A stretch of DNA of 64,000 nucleotides from Nitrospirales bacterium (GTDB lineage: Bacteria; Nitrospirota; Nitrospiria; Nitrospirales; UBA8639): positions 3,712,001 to 3,776,000 of the forward strand of contig OY820905.2 of assembly GCA_963555755.3 (NCBI GenBank), in the 5' to 3' direction. This document shows positions 1 through 10,439 of this stretch, piece by piece; position 1 is the first letter of the stretch, and each line of letters opens with the position of its first letter. The notes beneath the pieces were generated by a model that saw only the letters and a list, made by a program, of their open reading frames with translations, did not search any database and was not told where the DNA came from. A program made the position numbers and the translations under genes.

Positions 1-837
1 GACCGCACCGCAGGTAAAGACGACGTTGTGGACGTAGCCAGTGATTTCCCAGGGATCCTCTGGGGCCAGCACCCATTCGTCTGAGACGCCGATAATTTTC
101 GCGGGGTTGGTGAGATCATGCAACGCTACGCCGAGGCGATAGACCGCCCCGTCCATGGTCTCGAATACTCCGTGGTAGATGCTGAGCCAGCCGCGCTCAG
201 TGCGGATCGGGGGCGCACCGGGACCGATTTTCGACTCATCCCAGTGGTATGGCACCGGTTTCATGACCACTTCGGAATCGCCCCAGTGCACCAGGTCCGG
301 TGACCATGACAGCCATACGGACCAAGGACTGATCTCAGAATGGGGACGATCCAGACGGGCGTAACGGCCATTGAACCGCTCTGGGAAGATGACGACATTA
401 CGCATGTCTGCCTGAGTGATCAGCGCAACCCGCTCGACGGATCGAAAGTCCATGGTTTTTGCCAGCCCGATACGCACACCGTGGCGTGAATAGGCGCTGT
501 AGGTAATCAGGTATTCCCCGTCTATATACGAGATTCTGGGGTCCTCCACCCCGAAGGCCTCGTATTCTGCAAATGCGCCTTCTGTCGATGGAATCATGAA
601 TGGTTCCGTTCCGGCTGTGAACTTGAACCCATCCTCACTCTCGGCGATCCCGATGATAGATCGACCACTGCGCAAATGGGATCGAAATAGCATGATGTAG
701 CGCCCGTTGTGCCGTGCGATGCCGGCGTTGTGCACGGTTTCCACCGGATAGGGGATATCGTGTCTGGTGAGGATCGGGTTGGTCGGGCAGCGTTCGATCA
801 CCGGCTGAATGTTACACCTGCTACGGGGAGCGGCCAT
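1..837 (-). CDS. GH130-family glycosidase/mannoside phosphorylase (partial, runs off window start)
   Basis: Manual translation from ATG 837 (GGAGG upstream): MAAPRSRCNIQPVIERCPTNPILTRHDIPYPVETVHNAG...LFRSHLRSGRSIIGIAESEDG, with EDPR and YVHNVVFTCG motifs further on. Absent from the ORF track, consistent with no stop inside the window. Confidence 0.85.
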   Translation of the reverse strand, partial: MAAPRSRCNIQPVIERCPTNPILTRHDIPYPVETVHNAGIARHNGRYIMLFRSHLRSGRSIIGIAESEDGFKFTAGTEPFMIPSTEGAFAEYEAFGVEDPRISYIDGEYLITYSAYSRHGVRIGLAKTMDFRSVERVALITQADMRNVVIFPERFNGRYARLDRPHSEISPWSVWLSWSPDLVHWGDSEVVMKPVPYHWDESKIGPGAPPIRTERGWLSIYHGVFETMDGAVYRLGVALHDLTNPAKIIGVSDEWVLAPEDPWEITGYVHNVVFTCGAV

Positions 838-2170
838 AGTCGTCCTCCAATCGAATAATGTCGTCTTCTCCGAAATAGTCCCCCATCTGAACTTCTACGA
901 AGACCAGTGGGATGTTGCCAGGGTTCATAACTCTGTGGACTGCACCCTTGGGTATGTCAACAGACTGCCCTGGCTTGAGCAGGGTTTCCTGTTCCCCGAC
1001 CGTGACCAGTGCCACCCCGCTGACCACAGTCCAGTGCTCTGCCCGGTGCTGGTGCTTCTGGAGACTCAGCCGCTTGCCTGGCTTGACGATGATCTCCTTG
1101 ACTTTGTGATCGTCCCGTTCGAGGAGGTTTTCGTAGTGTCCCCACGGTCGGTGATTCTCCCGGTCATCGAGAATCCTCTGGTAGACGTCCAGGTATCGAC
1201 GCGCCATGTGCTGGCAAGTGAAGCGTTCCTCTACCTCGTCCCGGCAGACGCGTCGGTCGAGTGAGTCAATTTTGCCCACGGCATGAATGGCTGCATTCAC
1301 ATCTGCGACAAGAAATCCCGTGCTGCCGTCGCGAATGAGTTCCGACATTGATCCACGTCCATATGCGATCACCGGCGTGCCACAGGCCATGGACTCGACC
1401 ACGCTCAGTCCAAAGGGCTCGTCGAATTGGATCAGGTGCAACAACGCCAGGGCACCGCCCAGAATCTCTTGTCTTTTTTCCGGCCCGACGGAGCCGATGT
1501 ATTTCACCCCGGATCCATCAATGTGCGGCTCGACGTGTTTCTTGAAGTACACCTCGTCCTGCACGATTCCCGCGATCACGAGCGGGATGCCAGTCCTGTG
1601 CGCCACCTCAATGGCTTCGTGGACACCCTTGTCGGGGTGGATGCGTCCGAAGAACAACAGGTAGTTTCCTGGATTTTCCTGATAGGGAAATTGTGCGAGA
1701 TCGATGCCATGATAGATGGTTGCGATATAATCGAGTTCACGACACTTGTCGGCCTCGCTGATAGCCACGTAGTACGTCCGCATGTTGTACTTCCGATACA
1801 CCGGCCAAATTGACGACGAAGAGAATCCATGTATGGTCGTGACGATCGGTGTATCGGCAAAACCACTGTAACTGAGCGGTAAAAAATCGAACTGGTTGTG
1901 AATCAGATCGAATTCATCCGCTCGCCTGAATACCTCCGCTATATGCAGGCATTCCCATACCTTTGGGTTGATCGAGAGGTCTTCTGAGTAGGGTCGTTCG
2001 CATACCCAGGAGAGTGTGCCACGGGTGAGGGAATCTCCGGTCGCAAACAGTGTTACGTCTATACCCATTGCCACCAGCTCCTCCGTAAGGAGGCTGACCA
2101 CGTTTTCCCAAGGTCCGTAATGACGCGGTGGTGTACGCCAGGACAGGGGACTTAACATCGCAATTTTCAT
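821..2170 (-). CDS. GT4 glycosyltransferase fused to a C-terminal mannose-6-phosphate isomerase (type II cupin) domain
   Basis: GT4 motifs GRIHPDKG and EPFGLSVVESMACGTPV. The C-terminal RPWGHY...LSLQKHQHRAEHW...EVQMGDYFGEDDIIRLEDDYGR matches the ManC-type PMI cupin. Confidence 0.9.
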   Translation of the reverse strand: MKIAMLSPLSWRTPPRHYGPWENVVSLLTEELVAMGIDVTLFATGDSLTRGTLSWVCERPYSEDLSINPKVWECLHIAEVFRRADEFDLIHNQFDFLPLSYSGFADTPIVTTIHGFSSSSIWPVYRKYNMRTYYVAISEADKCRELDYIATIYHGIDLAQFPYQENPGNYLLFFGRIHPDKGVHEAIEVAHRTGIPLVIAGIVQDEVYFKKHVEPHIDGSGVKYIGSVGPEKRQEILGGALALLHLIQFDEPFGLSVVESMACGTPVIAYGRGSMSELIRDGSTGFLVADVNAAIHAVGKIDSLDRRVCRDEVEERFTCQHMARRYLDVYQRILDDRENHRPWGHYENLLERDDHKVKEIIVKPGKRLSLQKHQHRAEHWTVVSGVALVTVGEQETLLKPGQSVDIPKGAVHRVMNPGNIPLVFVEVQMGDYFGEDDIIRLEDDYGRSP

Positions 2171-2226
2171 GTAGGACCTGCCTGCAAGGCTTCTAAACGC
2201 GGTGGGGTGGTGTTGTTAATAATGAT

Positions 2227-2367
2227 GGGCACCTCTAAAAACCGTCCTTTTCCGTGATGGCGGCGTCAGCCGCGTGCTCACATCCTCATGTATTCGCCCA
2301 TACACTCCGGTTTTCCGCGCGCGGCTTCCTTGCCCGCACAAAAAATGCCTGGTTTTTAAAGGTGCCC
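2227..2367. mobile_element. MITE-like family A, copy 1 (141 bp)
   Basis: TIR GGGCACCTCTAAAAACC/GGTTTTTAAAGGTGCCC with a TGAT direct repeat on both flanks; near-identical copies at 7370, 10852, 19761, 24032. Confidence 0.9.
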
Positions 2368-2565
2368 TGATGCTGTTAATAATCAGGAACAATTGTCCGA
2401 CATAGTAACACGATTTGCCGGACGGTCGACGGGAATAGAAAAAACATGCCGGGTATCGGATGGGACCAACTACGCGTTCCTCACTATTGGATTTTTCAAG
2501 CATGTCATTGGTGATGCCATTGAAGGCCAACATACCGTGCAAATAAAATATTCCACTATTATACT

Positions 2566-4119
2566 GTGTGGATTGCAATGCAAACTGCCTCAGACGAAAA
2601 AGCCTTGTTCCGGGTTGACACAGGAATGATGGAAACCAAACCTATTCTCTCTACTCTCCTTGCACGGCGTAAGTCGATTGTGATGAATGTGAAGATGGCC
2701 CGCGTCATTACCCGGCCGTATCTGCCTGCCGGTGAAAAACGTATCCGAAACGTTATCCACCGGGTGCTGAATCTGGACGAGGACCAGGCCTGTTCGATAC
2801 TGGAAACCATCTTGAATGACTTCTCTCACCGTCACCGGGGCTTCAGGGTGGCGCTAGAGCGAAATTTCGAAAGAGTAATCCCCTTTATACCGAACGTCGA
2901 TAACCTGTCGAAACAACGGCGGCTTCTGATCGGCGCGTACTTTACCGCGGAATACTCTGTGGAAGCGGCGGCGTTGTTCAATCCCTCCATCGTGCAATTT
3001 CCGTCTCAAGACACGGATCCTGAAGGATCCTGCCGTTTCATTATGAGCTTTCGTGCCACCGGTGAAGGACACATCTCATCCATCGAGTTTCGCAGCGGAA
3101 TTATTGATATGAACAACGATATCTATTTCGATCCCCTGAGCGATTACGTCGAAACTCCAGAAATTCATCACAATCCAAGCTATGACCGGGACCAGTTTCG
3201 GCTGAAACTTCAGGAAATGGGGGCGAGCAACCTGGTGACACAATGGCTCCTCAGCCAATTGGCGGACACATTTACCTTCCACGACCTTCAGGGAAAGATC
3301 GTCGAACTCCAGGGCGTCGACCATTTCACACCACGAGAGAAAGCGGATGGCATCGAAATGTCGATGTGGCTGGCGCAATCCAATTACCAAATTTTCTTTC
3401 AAAAAGATCACCCGATTTCCGAGCGGGTCATCTTTCCGGTCTCGGAATCCGAGCGTAAGGGGATTGAGGATGCCCGTTTCGTGCGTTTCGTTGATGAGGA
3501 TGGCACCGCGACCTACTACGCCACCTATACCGCGTACAACGGAGAGACGATCCTGCCGCACCTCATTGAGACTGGAGACTTTCTCTCATTTAAGATTACG
3601 ACCTTGAATGGAACACAGGCGCAGGACAAAGGAATGGCTCTGTTCCCGAGAAAGATTCGTGGAAAGTACGCCATGCTGTCACGTCAGGGTGGAGAGAACA
3701 ACATGATCATGTTCTCGGACAATCTGTACTTCTGGGAGAAGGCCCAAATTTTGCAAAAGCCTATGTTTCCATACGAATTCATACAAATGGGGAACTGCGG
3801 CTCTCCCATTGAGACACCTGAAGGTTGGCTTGTTTTGACCCACGGGGTTGGCCCGATGCGGACCTACAGTATCGGACTCGAGTTGCTGGACCTGGAAGAT
3901 CCAACCCGGATAATCAGACGGATCGACGAGCCGATTTTGGTGCCGAATGAACATGATCGTGAGGGATACGTCCCCAACGTGGTGTACAGTTGCGGTGCAA
4001 TAATCTACCAGGACGAATTAATCATCCCGTACGCCTCGGCCGACCAGCGCTGTGGCATAGCGACTCTGCCAGTACCGCCAGTGATGGCCAGGCTGGCACA
4101 GAGTTCCACCGATAGATAG
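2566..4119 (+). CDS. GH130-like glycosidase with N-terminal extension (true start may be later, e.g. ATG 2683)
   Basis: EYSVEAAALFNPS, GIEDARFV, DKGMALFPRKI, GNCGSPIET and EGYVPNVVYSCG motifs. Confidence 0.85.
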   Translation: MWIAMQTASDEKALFRVDTGMMETKPILSTLLARRKSIVMNVKMARVITRPYLPAGEKRIRNVIHRVLNLDEDQACSILETILNDFSHRHRGFRVALERNFERVIPFIPNVDNLSKQRRLLIGAYFTAEYSVEAAALFNPSIVQFPSQDTDPEGSCRFIMSFRATGEGHISSIEFRSGIIDMNNDIYFDPLSDYVETPEIHHNPSYDRDQFRLKLQEMGASNLVTQWLLSQLADTFTFHDLQGKIVELQGVDHFTPREKADGIEMSMWLAQSNYQIFFQKDHPISERVIFPVSESERKGIEDARFVRFVDEDGTATYYATYTAYNGETILPHLIETGDFLSFKITTLNGTQAQDKGMALFPRKIRGKYAMLSRQGGENNMIMFSDNLYFWEKAQILQKPMFPYEFIQMGNCGSPIETPEGWLVLTHGVGPMRTYSIGLELLDLEDPTRIIRRIDEPILVPNEHDREGYVPNVVYSCGAIIYQDELIIPYASADQRCGIATLPVPPVMARLAQSSTDR

Positions 4120-4155
4120 CCCAGCCCCGTTAGGCAGTTGGGGTCACATCGCTTC

Positions 4156-6492
4156 CTACGACGCCTCGCGAGCCTTCAATTGGGTAAGTTCTCCTTCCTG
4201 TGTGACATGCTCCAAACCGCGGTGGTTGTAGACGGCGAGCAGCGCCATGAGCCAGCAAAGAGAGGACTCTGCGCCCTGATTTTCATTCGCGCCATGCGTT
4301 TCCAGTCCATCCCGGCATCCCCCAGTGGAGTGGTCGTAGAGCGGAATCCTCAGGTCGTTCTCCCCCTGGTACCAGTTGAGACACCGGTACGCTTCAGCGA
4401 TCCATTCCTCGTCCCGCGTGCAGTTGAATGCCTCAATGCAGGCGTCCACCATCGCTGCTGCCTCGAGGGGCTGTTGATCGAATCGCGACTTTTCTCCGTC
4501 TCTGGCGAACCACCCCTGGTTGCCGATAGCGGCGAAATGGCAGCCTATCTCATCGGTCTGAACTTTCTTTAGCCAATCGAGCGCACGCAGTCCCATCTCT
4601 AGCATCTCCTGGTCTGGAAGCCATTGCCCTGAAAGCAGTAAAGCCTGTGGCAGTCTGGCGTTGTCGTAGGTCAGGACATCCTCACACCAGGGCCAGTCTT
4701 CGGTGGCGGAATCCCTGAACTGTTTCATGAGCTTGTTGGAAAGTATCTTGCGCATCTTTCTCGCCCGACTGTCCCCACTGTAGCGGGATAGGTACGCATG
4801 AATACCGATGATGACGAAGGCGATCGCCCGTGGGTGTGTGAAATGCTCGGTGGTTCCCAGCGCACGATGGAACAGGTCTGCCGCAAAATCCACCTGTCCC
4901 TTATCCCGACCCAACGCCACTGCGACGCCCAGGTCCCCCACCGCGCGACCGTGGGAATCCTCCGAGCCTGTTTCCTCGAGCCAGCGGTGATCATAGGACA
5001 TGAAGTTCCGGAACCGGTTGGTCTGACCATTGAAGGCATGGCCCAGAAAACTCAGGTACACGGTGATAAGGTCGCTCGGTGAGGAATCCAGAGGCTGGAG
5101 ATCCTGTGCCGTGACGGCGACAATCAACGCACGGGCATTGTCGTCCACGCAATAGCCGTGCGTCCGGTCTGGAACCGTGTACTGGGAGTGCTGAAGCATG
5201 CCCGTTTTATCGGTCATCCGGCGCACATGGTCCAGCTTGATCTCTGGTAGCTGTTGCTGGCGTAGTCCGAGGGTCTCCAATCTCCGCACGGGTACGATCT
5301 TTCGCAATCGTTGGCGTTTGGCCTCCACGAAGGTCTCGATATAGCGTCTGCCTACGTTGCTCCAGACCATTCTTCGACCGTAGTCATAGGCTCTCTTCTG
5401 CATGGCGCGGAGCTCGTCGGGATGGTCCAGGAGGTTGATGATCTTCCGTGCGAGTTGAATGTGATCCCGGAACGGAACCAATCTGCCTCGACCGTCGGCG
5501 AGCAGCTCCTGAGCGTGCCAATACGGTGTGGAGACCACCGCTTTGCCCATCCCAAACGCATAGGCAAGCGAACCGGATATAATCTGCGCCTCGTTCAGGT
5601 ATGGGGTGACATAAATATCTGCCGCCCCAATAAAGTCCCGCAAGTCCTCGTCGGCCATGAAACGGTCGTGGAAGACAATGTGGTCCGCGACACCGAGCTT
5701 TTTCGCGCGCAGATGAAGGCTGATTCTGTAGTTCTCCCCCTGTTCTGCCTTGAGGTGCGGATGGGTGGCGCCTACCACCAAGTAAATGACCTGTGGTTGG
5801 GCCTTCAGAATCTCCGGCAGGGCATCGATCACCACCTCAATGCCCTTTCCCGGCGAAAGCAGCCCGGAGGTCAGAATGACGCTCCTCCCCAATATGCTGA
5901 ACTTTTCCTTGTAGGCGTCGGATTCAACGAACGGGACGTCAGGAATGCCATGGTGAATCAGGATAATTTTCTCCTCCGGAACCTTGTAGATATCGCGCAG
6001 AAATTCGATTGACCGTTCGCTCATGACAACCAGCCGATCGGAGAATTCAGAGAGTTGCATCATAATATGCCGGTCCTGGAGGGTCGGATCTTTCAAGATC
6101 GTGTGCAAAGTCGTCACGACCGGAATCTTGATGTCACGCAACAGCTCGATAATGAAACTGCCCCGCTGGCCACCGAATATGCCGTATTCATGCTGGAGAC
6201 AGATCACGTCCACCTGGTTGAGGTTGAGCAGATCGGCGGTTAGGCTATATTCGTTCAGGAGGTTCTGGTTGATCTCGAACCGCACCTGAGACGGATAGGG
6301 ATAGCCTTCGGGCCGATCGTTCATCGCGACCGCCCAACAAGCTTTGTCCGGTGCATTCAGAGCGATTGATTCAAGAAGGTGCGAAGTGAATGTAGCCATG
6401 CCACACTGCCTGGGAAGGTAGTTCCCGATGAGGACAATGGCCTTTAGTGTTTCCCACTCCGGCCGTGAGCCTGTCTGGCTGTGGGTTTTCAT
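4156..6492 (-). CDS. GT4 glycosyltransferase with C-terminal alpha/alpha-barrel-like domain
   Basis: GNYLPRQCG, LQHEYGIFGG, GLLSPGKGIE and VVSTPYWHAQE motifs; C-terminal YCVDDNARAL...NENQGAESSL domain. Confidence 0.88.
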   Translation of the reverse strand: MKTHSQTGSRPEWETLKAIVLIGNYLPRQCGMATFTSHLLESIALNAPDKACWAVAMNDRPEGYPYPSQVRFEINQNLLNEYSLTADLLNLNQVDVICLQHEYGIFGGQRGSFIIELLRDIKIPVVTTLHTILKDPTLQDRHIMMQLSEFSDRLVVMSERSIEFLRDIYKVPEEKIILIHHGIPDVPFVESDAYKEKFSILGRSVILTSGLLSPGKGIEVVIDALPEILKAQPQVIYLVVGATHPHLKAEQGENYRISLHLRAKKLGVADHIVFHDRFMADEDLRDFIGAADIYVTPYLNEAQIISGSLAYAFGMGKAVVSTPYWHAQELLADGRGRLVPFRDHIQLARKIINLLDHPDELRAMQKRAYDYGRRMVWSNVGRRYIETFVEAKRQRLRKIVPVRRLETLGLRQQQLPEIKLDHVRRMTDKTGMLQHSQYTVPDRTHGYCVDDNARALIVAVTAQDLQPLDSSPSDLITVYLSFLGHAFNGQTNRFRNFMSYDHRWLEETGSEDSHGRAVGDLGVAVALGRDKGQVDFAADLFHRALGTTEHFTHPRAIAFVIIGIHAYLSRYSGDSRARKMRKILSNKLMKQFRDSATEDWPWCEDVLTYDNARLPQALLLSGQWLPDQEMLEMGLRALDWLKKVQTDEIGCHFAAIGNQGWFARDGEKSRFDQQPLEAAAMVDACIEAFNCTRDEEWIAEAYRCLNWYQGENDLRIPLYDHSTGGCRDGLETHGANENQGAESSLCWLMALLAVYNHRGLEHVTQEGELTQLKAREAS

Positions 6493-6657
6493 TGGGGAAG
6501 AGGAAAAACAAACTCCATTTTTTGACTAGCACGAAAGTAGCAAAGGGACCGAGTGGTGTCAATGACACCAATCAGCGGTTTAAAAATGTTCTTGGATTCA
6601 GCAGGCGCTTCAACCTAGAAACAGCAATTGGATCACAAAAGTCCGCGCAAGCTCTTA

Positions 6658-6837
6658 GGACCTGCGAGAAAATAACTTGAACAATCTCGCATCCAATCTT
6701 CGGGCCATCTTTGAACGGGCCTCAATCGAAAAACCCTCACCATAGCTGTGCTATGCCTCGAGTGTTTCTCAATCGTTTCGTCCAAATCCGACCCAAATCT
6801 TGGCGCGATATTGATCAAGTTATTTTCTCGCAGGTCC
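6658..6837. mobile_element. MITE-like family C, copy 1 (~180 bp)
   Basis: TIR GGACCTGCGAGAAAATAACTTGA/TCAAGTTATTTTCTCGCAGGTCC with TTA flanks; copies at 21676 and 45842. Confidence 0.9.
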
Positions 6838-6840
6838 TTA

Positions 6841-7103
6841 GGGTCCGTCACGAAATAACCGGGACAATTGGCCGAGACGATTTTGGAGCGAGCCAAGGAG
6901 CGAAGAGCGCGCATACCGGGAGTATGGAAGCGATGAGCGACGCCGGCGGAGCCCAAAAGCGTCCGGCCCTCCGGGGAGGCCCATCTTTGGCCCGGGGCGG
7001 CGTTGCTCCTCGGTCACAGAGCCCCGCTCTGCTCCCTCGTCGCGCCTTGCCCCGATCACAAATCTGGGCCTCCCAATTGTCCCGGTTATTTCGTGACGGA
7101 CCC
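6841..7103. mobile_element. MITE-like family D (263 bp)
   Basis: 31-bp TIR GGGTCCGTCACGAAATAACCGGGACAATTGG/CCAATTGTCCCGGTTATTTCGTGACGGACCC with TTA flanks. Confidence 0.85.
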
Positions 7104-7369
7104 TTAGCGCACCTGATAAAATACAAAAATGCCTTATCACCACCGAGGTGACTACGACTTTTTGTATTTCATCATGCACACCAATATCTTACACGGCTTT
7201 TTTTGCGCCCAACTGCCGTGTCTAGGTTCAAAGAAAAAACTTAGATGGGGGAAAAAGGCTACTTCTCTCGTTCCGTGGTGATCTGCTATCTGGTTCTTAG
7301 AGATCCGGGAAGGGGAGCGTAACGGGAGGAAATCTGAAAGAGCTGTCGGGAGTCTAAGGAGAAGATTAA

Positions 7370-7510
7370 GGGCACCTCTACAAACCAGGCATTTTTTGTG
7401 AGGGCAAGGAAGCCGCGCGCGGAAAACCGGAGTGTATGGGCGAATACATGAGGATGTGAGCACGCGGCTGACGCCGCCATCACGGAAAAGGACGGTTTGT
7501 AGAGGTGCCC
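7370..7510. mobile_element. MITE-like family A, copy 2 (inverted)
   Basis: Same TIRs; TTAA on both flanks. Confidence 0.9.
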
Positions 7511-7738
7511 TTAAGTGAATGACCGAATGTAGCGGTGACCGTCTTGGGCAGGTTCTTTATGAAATGCCCACAGGGACAGTAGACGGAGCAGGGCGCCAAG
7601 TCGAGGTTGTGAATCGTATGAATACAACCGTTTGGGAGTATCTTCATCAGGGTACATGCCCATGTACCGTTCCCTAATCAAGTCCTTGCCGCAGGCCACA
7701 CACTCAACGATTCCCGGAAAGTTCCCTTCTTCGCTCAT
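7511..7738 (-). CDS. Small hypothetical protein with CxxC (possibly a remnant)
   Basis: 75-aa ORF with ECVACG; its stop codon lies in the TTAA duplication of family A copy 2. Confidence 0.3.
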   Translation of the reverse strand: MSEEGNFPGIVECVACGKDLIRERYMGMYPDEDTPKRLYSYDSQPRLGALLRLLSLWAFHKEPAQDGHRYIRSFT

Positions 7739-7794
7739 TCAGGTGCTTTCCGTTTTGTGAATCAGAACAATGTGGGCCTGACCCAACAGGACAA

Positions 7795-8235
7795 CTATTC
7801 CTTGCACCAATTTGGTTTCCCTGCTTTATCGGTTGCTGGCAAGGCAAATTTTTTGTCCAGAAGCAGTTTGGATACATTTTTTCCATTCGCCATAATCCGG
7901 GCGGTGAGGTAGAAGTGCTCACCCCGCTCCAAGTCGAATAACTCAATCTCCCTGGCGTTTTCCAACACGGTATTCACAAAATTTCTGGCTTTGAGGGCAA
8001 GCTGTTTTTCCTTAACACATTGTCCGAGGATTTCGGGAGTGTCGATTCCGGCAATGCGGATTAAAAGCACGTCGCCAAAAATATTGGGAACATTGGGGAT
8101 CGAGACGAAACAGGAGTGGGCGTGGTAACACCGATGAAATGTGACATTATGAAAATGGGGGTCAATGGCTGAGACGGATGAGGGAGTAACCCCCCAGAAT
8201 ATACCAAGAAGAAGAATAAGACGGAAGAATTTCAT
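7795..8235 (-). CDS. Secreted thermonuclease (SNase-like) family protein
   Basis: Signal peptide; IRIAGIDTPE...C..EKQLALKARNFV motif; C-terminal WC. Confidence 0.8.
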   Translation of the reverse strand: MKFFRLILLLGIFWGVTPSSVSAIDPHFHNVTFHRCYHAHSCFVSIPNVPNIFGDVLLIRIAGIDTPEILGQCVKEKQLALKARNFVNTVLENAREIELFDLERGEHFYLTARIMANGKNVSKLLLDKKFALPATDKAGKPNWCKE

Positions 8236-8278
8236 CTCTAAACTGATTTTCCCTGACTGTGACGAATGTCTCTCATGA

Positions 8279-8593
8279 ACCTAGAAGCAGCAGTGTGGAT
8301 CACAAAGGTCCGGGCAAGCTCTTGGCCACCTGGTAAAATACATCACAACGAAGTGACCACGAATTTTTTTATTTCACCATGCGCACCAATATCTCACACG
8401 GCTTTTTTGCGTCCAACTGGTGTTTCGAAGCCTATCCGAGATTAGCGATCGTCACGAGGATGTGCTGGTTTGAGTCAGATATTTCGATCGTTTGAGGCGA
8501 ATAGTTGGGCTATTCAACGAGAAGGATCGGAATATCTGGCCAAATCCCGTGCATCCGGAGTAGATCCGTCTAATCTTTGACAGGCTCCTGGGA
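8279..8593. mobile_element. Degenerate family E copy with family F (8428-8587) inserted in its right TIR
   Basis: ACCTAGAAGCAGCAG start and E-like body, then an F-like body similar to 30157-30316; TGA on both outer flanks. Confidence 0.75.
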
Positions 8594-8861
8594 TGAAGGG
8601 GGAGAGTGTACCACAAAGAAAGGAGGACACAAAACGGAAAGCCAGTTGTTTCTCTTAAGAATTTGGCGACTCTCGTCCTTGAAGTCGGCCAGGGATTCTT
8701 AATTTTGGGGGTCAAGTTTCCATAAATTTTTGCCGAACAGAGGGAAGCTCTTGACCTTATTCAGGTTGTCAGAAAACCTGAGTCATGTCATGAGGTTTAG
8801 GTCAGTCGGAGGTCCAGAGGTTTATCTCGTCGTTACCCACTTTTTGCCATAAGAGGGGCTT

Positions 8862-9809
8862 ATGCGAAACCGGATTTCTTGTTCTGCTCAACAGTTAAGT
8901 CAACTTGAACCGGATATGGTGAAATCGGTGGTTGGTGGTCATGTGTATAAGCTAGGGAGTCAATATCTTTCCGAGAGTCGTGTACGAATTATTGATGCGC
9001 ATGAAGGACACATTAATTCCGAGGTGGATGGAACCTATGGTGTGTATTCCCAAACGATCCGGTTAAAGAGTGGCACTCTCTCCACCAAGTGTTCGTGTCC
9101 GGCTAGTGAACAACCGTTTTGCCGACATTGTGTTGCCGTATTGTTGCACTATTTCCATTCTCGGTCTCTGGAGGAAGTTGTGGTGGAACCTGTGCAAGAA
9201 CCTGTAAAAGAACCTGTGCAAGAACCTGTAAAAGAACCTTCTAAGAGAACTGCAAAAGAGTCCGCAAAAGAAATAGCCAGCGATCAGCCAGCCAGTGAGC
9301 CCCAGGCCGGGTCGCGCAATGTGGATTTCAAATTTCATGAAATTGGAGCGTTTGTTGATTGGATACACGGGGCCATGGATGCGTTGGCCAAGGATGAGCC
9401 TCTTCCCAGTATTCCGGATTTACCACCAGGAGCAGTTCGGAGTTGGACCGAGGCGATTCAGGACCTTCGAGTCCGATACCAGGCCAGTGAAGAAGAACGA
9501 ACCCAAGCCCAGACAGAATTACGCGATTGTCAGAATCAGATCGCTACCCTCACACAGGATTTGGACAAATCCACGAGCGAAGCCAAAAATTATAAAGTGA
9601 AGTACGCCGAAATGCGAAATGAGTTAGACCGTTGTCAAGAAATGCTTGAAGACCATGCGGTCGTTGTAAAAGAACGTGATAAGTACGTCGATCAAATGAA
9701 TGGGTTGCGAGGCGAGCTTTTGCGGAAAGGGGCTGAGCTTGATAGTTTGGCCGATTCTCTCAAGCAAGTCTCAAGTGCCTTGCAAGCCGCGACTCCCCCG
9801 CCGCGATAG
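8862..9809 (+). CDS. SWIM zinc-finger protein with C-terminal coiled coil
   Basis: CSCP...FCRHCVAVL SWIM motif; heptad-rich C-terminus. Confidence 0.8.
   Translation: MRNRISCSAQQLSQLEPDMVKSVVGGHVYKLGSQYLSESRVRIIDAHEGHINSEVDGTYGVYSQTIRLKSGTLSTKCSCPASEQPFCRHCVAVLLHYFHSRSLEEVVVEPVQEPVKEPVQEPVKEPSKRTAKESAKEIASDQPASEPQAGSRNVDFKFHEIGAFVDWIHGAMDALAKDEPLPSIPDLPPGAVRSWTEAIQDLRVRYQASEEERTQAQTELRDCQNQIATLTQDLDKSTSEAKNYKVKYAEMRNELDRCQEMLEDHAVVVKERDKYVDQMNGLRGELLRKGAELDSLADSLKQVSSALQAATPPPR
9186..9239 (+). repeat. In-frame 12/24-bp tandem repeat encoding EPVQ/EPVK
   Basis: (GAACCTGTGCAA GAACCTGTAAAA)x2 followed by GAACCT. Confidence 0.9.
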
Positions 9810-9951
9810 GTTATAGTCCAGCGCAAGGCGAAGCTCCTCTTCTCACCACCTCACGCCTCCCCGTTCACGAAGGTCAGGGGAATTTTCTACTTTTCCAAAA
9901 AAAATCCGCGCGAGCAAGTAGACCCAAGATTGTCTACCATTCCTCCACTGA

Positions 9952-10116
9952 ACCTAGAAACAGCAGTTGGGCGCAAAAAAGACGTGTAAGATATTGGTGT
10001 GCATCGTGAAAGAGAAAAAGTCGTGGTCACCTTTGTGGTGATGAGACATTTTTCTCTTTTGCGAGGTGCGCCAAGAGCTTGCGCGGACTTTTGTGATCCA
10101 ACTGCTGTTTCTAGGT
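9952..10116. mobile_element. MITE-like family E, uninterrupted copy (165 bp)
   Basis: TIR ACCTAGAAACAGCAGTTGG/CCAACTGCTGTTTCTAGGT with a TGA duplication. Confidence 0.9.
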
Positions 10117-10282
10117 TGAAGACAGATTCGATTCCATCCACAGCTCGAGACGATCCCTAATATCGGATAGCCTCCTAGCACATGCAACTCGGTTCCAATG
10201 TATGGTTGGACCATTTGTTGTAATATGGAGGGTGTTGACCTTTGAAGCCCTTCCCATGCGATTGAGAATCAGGCAAGGCTTA

Positions 10283-10439
10283 GGGTTCGCGCAAGAATAA
10301 CTTCCCCTATTTGGGCGTCGATCCATCCCGTCTGGCGGCGTTGCTCGTCCTTTCCATACGAGGAGTATGCGCAGTCCTCGCGCCTTGCCAGACAGGTGTC
10401 TCAGCACCCAAATAGGGGAAGTTATTCTTGCGCGAACCC
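10283..10439. mobile_element. MITE-like family B, copy 1 (157 bp)
   Basis: TIR GGGTTCGCGCAAGAATAACTTCCCCTATTTGGG and its complement; TTA duplication; copies at 15197, 24330, 47875. Confidence 0.92.

Larger units (their letters stand above)
6613..7227. mobile_element. MITE-like family E copy carrying nested family C and D elements
   Basis: Ends ACCTAG...CTAGGT with a TCA duplication; matches the uninterrupted 165-bp copy at 9952-10116 once 6658-7106 is removed. Confidence 0.88.

Noticed and set aside
6633..7483. Several 90-146 aa ORFs in the ORF track
   Set aside because: They are translations of nested MITEs; the same peptide strings recur wherever the repeats occur.
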